Origin: Laetmonice hystrix
Lineage: Eukaryota
DNA length: 64,000 bases
Reading direction: 5' to 3'
NCBI GenBank assembly: GCA_965235115.1
Contig: OZ249440.1
Coordinates: 35,032,001 to 35,096,000 of the forward strand
Below the pieces are notes generated by a model, which ran no database searches, had not been told where the DNA came from, and saw only the letters and a program-made list of their open reading frames with translations. Below are positions 58,078 to 64,000 of the stretch, piece by piece (position 1 is the stretch's first letter; each line of letters opens with the position of its first letter). The position numbers and the translations under genes were made by a program.

Positions 58078-61000
58078 CTAATTAAATTTCTTTTTCCTCA
58101 GTTTTGCATATTTCTCTGTCAGGAGCTTTTTTTCTTCTTCTGGAATTGCAAAGGGATGATGTCCTGTCAGGTCAATTGGGCCATCAAATACATAGATGGG
58201 GTCTACAGTTTGGATGTCAGGCGTCACAGGCCAACTATATAAGTTGTGACCTGGCTTCTGCTGCAGGAATGACATTTTGACCCCTTCCTCATTTTCTCCC
58301 AAGACTCGTCCGATGTAGAACTTGGGAGGATGTGAATAGTAGACTGCGTAGTCCTTCAGCAATTCAAAATTCTGAAAGTTCAAATATAAGTAAGCTAATG
58401 TTGACCATTTTATATAGTTCATTAGCTTAGAGCTTAAGTTCAAAATTGATAATACTTGGACCAAAGGAAATCTCTGCATTTTTGCACTACTGGATCAAGG
58501 ACCAGAAATGGCGGCAGGACTAAGAAAGGTAAGAAAATAACGTGTGAACATTGTATTCCCTTGTCTGCTTAAGGTACTGGTATACAATAACCTGGGAAGT
58601 TACTCTGAGCGTTTCAATTTTAACCCCCAAATTAAAAGGTGTAAATTATTCTCATCTCTTTCATTAGGACAATATCTTTGCATATTGCTCCGTAAAATTA
58701 AAAACCTGAAATCTTTAAGATCTGCAAAATAAAGATGCAGCAATGTTTTTCTGGTTACAGTACAAGGCTATCCCTCCACTCACCTTGACTTGAAATTCAT
58801 GACATCGCCTGTTAGTAGCTTCCTTCCCTGGGTTATTGGGTCCTGTATGTTCTGGTAAAAGTGTAGGAAGAGCTGCAGCATTTGTTACCGCAACAGCAGG
58901 TTCAACAGGTTCAGGCAACGAACATGGAAGAGCAGCAGCATCCTTGTCAGGGACAGCAGGTTCCACACCTCCACGCAATGTTTCTGTAATCAGGAAATAC
59001 TGAATTCAGGGGTGACAGTGAGGAGTCATTCCTTATCTGGAAAGTTTCTGGCCCTACGACAAAGCACCCCCTATATTTTGTCAGTTTTCCCATTTCACAA
59101 TAAATTAATAAAGGTTGACAGAAAAAGGCAAGGAGCAATAGGTGGCATCTGACTAAATGCTAGTGTCATAGAGAGTCCCAAGTCTCTGTAAAAGGGGAGG
59201 GCATCATCCACCAATTAGTAATTTTATTATATGCACATTCTATCTGCGAGTGCTATTGGCTCCATCACAACGGGTAAGTATGGGATTTGGCTCCATCACG
59301 ACGGGTAAGTATGGGATTTGGCTTCATCACGACTGGTAAGTATGGGATTTGGCTCCATCACGCCGGGTAAGTATGGGATTTGGCTTCATCACGACGGGTA
59401 AGTATGGGATGAAATGCCTGGTGCATGAATATGGCAAGACACAGAGCATGTTTTTTAAGAATACCTTGGTCACCCTCCTGCACCTGGTCTAATGTTTTGA
59501 TGATCTCTGTCAAGGATGTGTTCTCCCCAAAACTGCATTCTGACATGAGGAACGCGTCTTAAAATTTGGTTAAGGAGTATGATACAATCAAACTTTTTAC
59601 AACTACTGTTGTTTGTAATGATTATAACAGATTTAAGTAACTGTTACATTAATTACTAGTACTTGTAGTAAAGGATACCTGTATCATCAGAAACTAAACT
59701 GGAGATATTCAAGTCATCACCAGAGCAATCTGGCATATCAGGTGGGCTTGGGTCGTTTACTGTTAAACTTCCATCATCATCATCATGAGGACCAGCATGT
59801 GTCACAGAGTCTGCAGTACATGTACCAGGTCCTTTCTTCACAGTATCAAGGATGGCTTGTCTGGTTTCCATATCACCACTGGACCTGAATGCCAAAAATC
59901 TGAAGATAACTGCTGTATACAGGCACAACTGTGCAAAGAAAATGTTATCCTAACCTAATTTGGCCAAACCCTAGTAGATACATTTACAGACCAGATATAC
60001 TCCCATTATACTGCCACCATTTTACCATTCCCAATAGAATCTTTAGAAACAGATGTACCAAATGCTCTTTCCTCAAAACCAGGATATTTTGCTGTCACTG
60101 CTCAAAGTTTTACAATCATCATCAATATTAATAGTATTTATTTTAAGCATATTTGCATCCTCCAATTTTTAACCTTGGCCACATCTACACGTAATGTTTC
60201 CACTGACTCTTTATACTTACCGAGCCATTCTCCTGTCTCCGGCATCTTTCAGTGCATTATGGCTTTGGGCATTCTCCAAGGCATCCGAGTTGGTGACAGT
60301 CATTTTAGGAGCACTTGCACGACTCACTTTTGTATTCAGTTCTGACTGAATGGTGGAAAGTTGCTGGCGTATGAATTTGCATGGCTTCAGACTTGATACT
60401 GTCCATGGACCTGTGTAGGCTTTGAAGGGACGTTCTTCAGTGGATTCTGTTGTACACACTTTACAAAAACAACTTCTCTCTTTAGTTGCAACAATGAAAG
60501 GCTGTATTCCCTTAAAGCAGTGTAAGGACCTGGTCTTTGGAACTGGTTTCACCTCGGTTCTGTCCATGCGGTTGCGATTGATGTCATCAGCAGTAATGAA
60601 GAAGAATGTTCGCCGTTTATGCACATGGCTGTTACCATCTTTGGGTAGGGTGAGGTGTTCCTTTCCGTATGCGAACAGGTCTGCTGCTTCAGATATAATA
60701 ACATTGCGGTTCTTGACTGCTGTTAGAGCATTCTTCTTCAGAACACCAATTTCCCCGTCACAAGGGCCCTTCCCATGTCTGCTGCCAAAAAAGTGCTTCT
60801 CGGTGGTGAATCCAAAATCCTGAGTCCCATGGGTGGCATCACAGAATCCAACTTTGCATTTGTATTGAGTTGGAGAGCCATCGGAAAACTGTACCTGGTG
60901 CTGTATGTTCAGTCCTTTCGACAGAAGATACTCATTGGTCTTTGTTAGGAAGTGGTGAACAGCATGATAGTCATGCTTTACATCATCAGTAATGAATATG

Positions 61001-62760
61001 CAAGACTCATGCATGATGTCACTACACTGCTCACAGTGGTAGTAGGCAATGATTGGGTGGATTGTGGCCTGTTTGTAGGACCAATGAGCGCTTTGTGCTT
61101 CGTCTTGGAAATGACAATTATAGTTTTCACCGAAATCCATACAAACAACTACCCACTTTTCTGGTATATTGTTCCGGATACTTTCAAACTGCTTAGATTG
61201 CCACTTAGCATTGAAAAGATGCTTGGGAAAAGGCTTCAGCTCACTGGTCAGCTCTTCTACCAGCTGTGTGATGGTACCAGTCTTCACCTTTAAAACCAGG
61301 TGGCGGGCTTCATGCTGCTCACTGGTGTCTTTCGTTTTGGATGATTTGGTATACGTTTCGGTGATCCAGCTCTTCCACTTAACTGGCTTGTCTGCATGTA
61401 CCTGAAGCAGAGGTTTCAAGTACTCTTCAATTTTCCCTGCGCCACACTCATCACATTATCGGTTGATACAGGACATCCTTGGATATTCCCCATCTTTGGA
61501 GCAAAGAGTGGTCGATGATGCCAAGTATTTGTCAGGAATACTCATTTTAACTCCAAGCTGGGCACAGCGAGTTGACACAGCATCTACCTTGAACTGTATA
61601 TTAATGCAGTATTCACATAAGCATTGAAGGAGATGGGCATGGTCTTGAGTTTTTACCTGGGCAGGCCGGAGTTTGAAGAATTTGGACAGGCAAATCTTTG
61701 TGCCAGGGTTTTCCTCCAAGAAACCTTTGTAGGTATGGGTGATGCTCCCTTCCATGATCCTTTGAGGCACAGAGTTGGAGACTCCACGAGGATTTGGCAT
61801 TTCCCTTGAAACATCACTCCTCTGATAGAATGCCTTTACCCTAGCAACTGTGTTGTCATTGAGAGCATCACTGCGCTTCTTGCGGTATCCAGGGACAATT
61901 TTCTGGGATGGCTTATTCAGAAAACTCCAACTTAATCCCAGGTGACTTCTGCACTCTTTTTTCTTCATTCTGTTCTTTACGTATAGAGCGTTTGGAAAAG
62001 CAATCTTCTGAGATTGATGTCTTTGGCAGATCTTCTTTTCCTTATTTCATCAAGGACAGATTTGACTGATGTTTTTTCAAGGAACTCAAGTCTTCTTCTT
62101 TTCTCTGGATATAAAATGCATCTGTCAGCCAGTGCAGCTCGTTTTCTGGGTGTTACTTTCTTCACAACCGAGGCAACAACCTCTGCAAATTTTTCTGGAG
62201 ACTTTGGTAAAACTCGCAGTGATCGAGATATGGCAACTCTTCTTGCTACTGCTGTCTGATACCCAGACTGGGCATTATTTCTGGTGGAAGTCCCTTTTGG
62301 TGAAGAGGGACAAGTTTTTCTGTTTTTGGGTGTAGCTGTTCTCTTCTCTGCATATTTAACACGACGTCGTTCATTCAGCCTTCGCCTTGCTTGAGAGCTC
62401 ATGTTGTCTCGTTGCTTTTGCTTCTGTAGCCTCCATTTCTCCCTTTGCTTAGACACTTCCCCTCTTGTTTTCTTTGCTGTTTTTCTTGACTGTTCTCCTG
62501 CATTTTTCTGACGAAAACGCTGCATGCGTAGCCTAGCAGTTTCCCTATCACGTGCTATCTGTTCCTCGGTGCGCCTTAATCGATAAACTTTGATGCGTGC
62601 TGTTTCATAATCCCTGTGTGCCCTATACAGGTCTGGATCACATTTTAGTTTTGCTCTATATTCTTTTTGTCGCTGAGCTGCAGATGTTTTCTCTATACAT
62701 GGCTGTTCTGAGGGTTGGATGTGGTTCTGAGGGTTGATTCGTAGCCGTAGTAGCCTATGA
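58078..62760 (-). pseudogene. Sola2-like DNA transposase, with probable spliced C-terminal exons
   Basis: ORFs 61977-62525, 61456-61968, 60217-61419 with DFGENY, QDEAQSAHW, QATIHP, FSDG..QYK, HGKGPCDG, CFCKVC; donor at about 60220; last exon YAVYY..FYIGRV..YSWP. One frameshift and one stop. Family name from motif recall. Confidence 0.75.
59256..59410. repeat. Five 31-bp tandem units
   Basis: TTGGCTYCATCACGACGGGTAAGTATGGGAT at 59256, 59287, 59318, 59349, 59380; no spacers. Confidence 0.93.
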
Positions 62761-64000
62761 AGGTAATCAATTCAGGAGGAAAAATTACTGAAGTGAATTT
62801 CATTTTAAGTAGGAAATGTAAGATTATGTTGAGGCTTTAGGTTTAGATCTTCATTACTGAGAAGTTAGGTAAGTATAAGTAAGTAGCATCAGAAAATTCT
62901 TAGTTCGAACTCATGCAAAACTTTAGGTGAGGGCTCCCCACATGCCACTGGACAGTGGTTTTATCTCCATTTTTTATTCAAGTATGCCAAGTAACCAGTA
63001 GGTCATATTAAAATATTACTTGTTTAAAAATGTGAATTATGCATCCATCTCACATGAAAACAACTAAAAAATAATTTATTAACCATTATGACACCCTAAA
63101 GCTTCTGCAGGTCCCTGTAGATTTACTTTAATTCAGATATTTATTAATTTGGAAACACTTGGTTGAATTGAACTCTCTAAGTCAATGGGCCTTCGTTGCT
63201 ATGAATGAAAGTAATATAAATATTAAACTGGAAGTTTGAAACATAGTTCTAAAAGTTTCTTGGGATATTACTGAACGTGTTCACCATATTGATTAAATCA
63301 AAAAAGGAAAATGTTAAGGTAAAATCATGAATTTCTATATATAGGGGTAAAATCATGAATTTCTATATATAGGCCTATGAACTAAGTCTGAACACATCTA
63401 CATCTCCCATCTACACACATACCATGGATTTGTAGGTTTTTGTGTTAAATAATTAATAATAATTAAATAATGGTATCCACTGTGCGAACATAACATAAAA
63501 TTCAAGTCTTTTCAAAGAAAATACACTGAAAAGTCTCATTGGAAATGAGAATTGAATCAACGTTTGCATGTGTTCATATTTTAAAAAAAAAGAAGGTTTC
63601 TCTTTGTATAAAAAACTGGGTACAACACTATGACTATGTTCAAACAGATGACACCAAAGTACAGGAGTTGTATGGAGTCCTGCGTGACGAACATAGCGTC
63701 AGCTACTCATTTGAAAATAACACCAGCACAGACATAAAATTTGCAAGAACTCTTTGCAAACACTGAAATATATGAAGGACAATATGCATGTCAATCCCTT
63801 TTATATAATATATTACACCAGCATCAGTGCACTGTACTGAATTTGTCAACGTTCGTAACTTATGATGCGACGACTGTTTACACAGGGCGGCATCCAAATT
63901 ACGAACGTAAGTAGCCTTGGCAAGCATATCACCTGAATCTAAAACAAATGTATTTGAGATCAGATAATCACTACGTAGAGGAAAGCTTCAACATTAAACA

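Noticed and set aside
59256..59410. CRISPR-like 31-bp repeats
   Set aside because: Units are contiguous with no unique spacers, no cas genes, eukaryotic context.

Overview
Eukaryotic (animal; probably a marine lophotrochozoan, inferred from the SINE/LINE types) genomic DNA made almost entirely of nested transposable elements. No intact host gene, rRNA, true tRNA or CRISPR array is supportable. One young I-group (Nimb/I-like, RNase H-bearing) LINE family with an (ACTC)n tail occurs as seven pieces (about 14 kb): an open-framed copy running off the left edge, a full-length TSD-flanked copy at 35049-40637, an internally deleted copy fused head-to-tail to another fragment, and 5'-truncated copies. 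Also present: two BEL/Pao LTR elements (one complete, with LTRs and TSD); three Gypsy remnants, one with an extra ORF downstream of pol; a Ngaro/DIRS-type tyrosine-recombinase retrotransposon with split direct repeats; spliced DNA-transposon pseudogenes (PHD-OTU-MULE-like, Kolobok-like, Sola2-like); MITEs (piggyBac-type, Harbinger-like, one unclassified); a Helentron-type non-autonomous element; tRNA-derived SINEs; an orphan SGNH-hydrolase pseudogene; and several tandem and inverted repeats. The best candidates for follow-up are a compact predicted double-pseudoknot RNA at the LINE 5' terminus, the LINE-SINE shared 3' stem-loop and tail, the Gypsy accessory ORF, the Ngaro target resembling its own circle junction, and the PHD-OTU-transposase gene. 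All family assignments come from motif recognition by eye, not from database searches.
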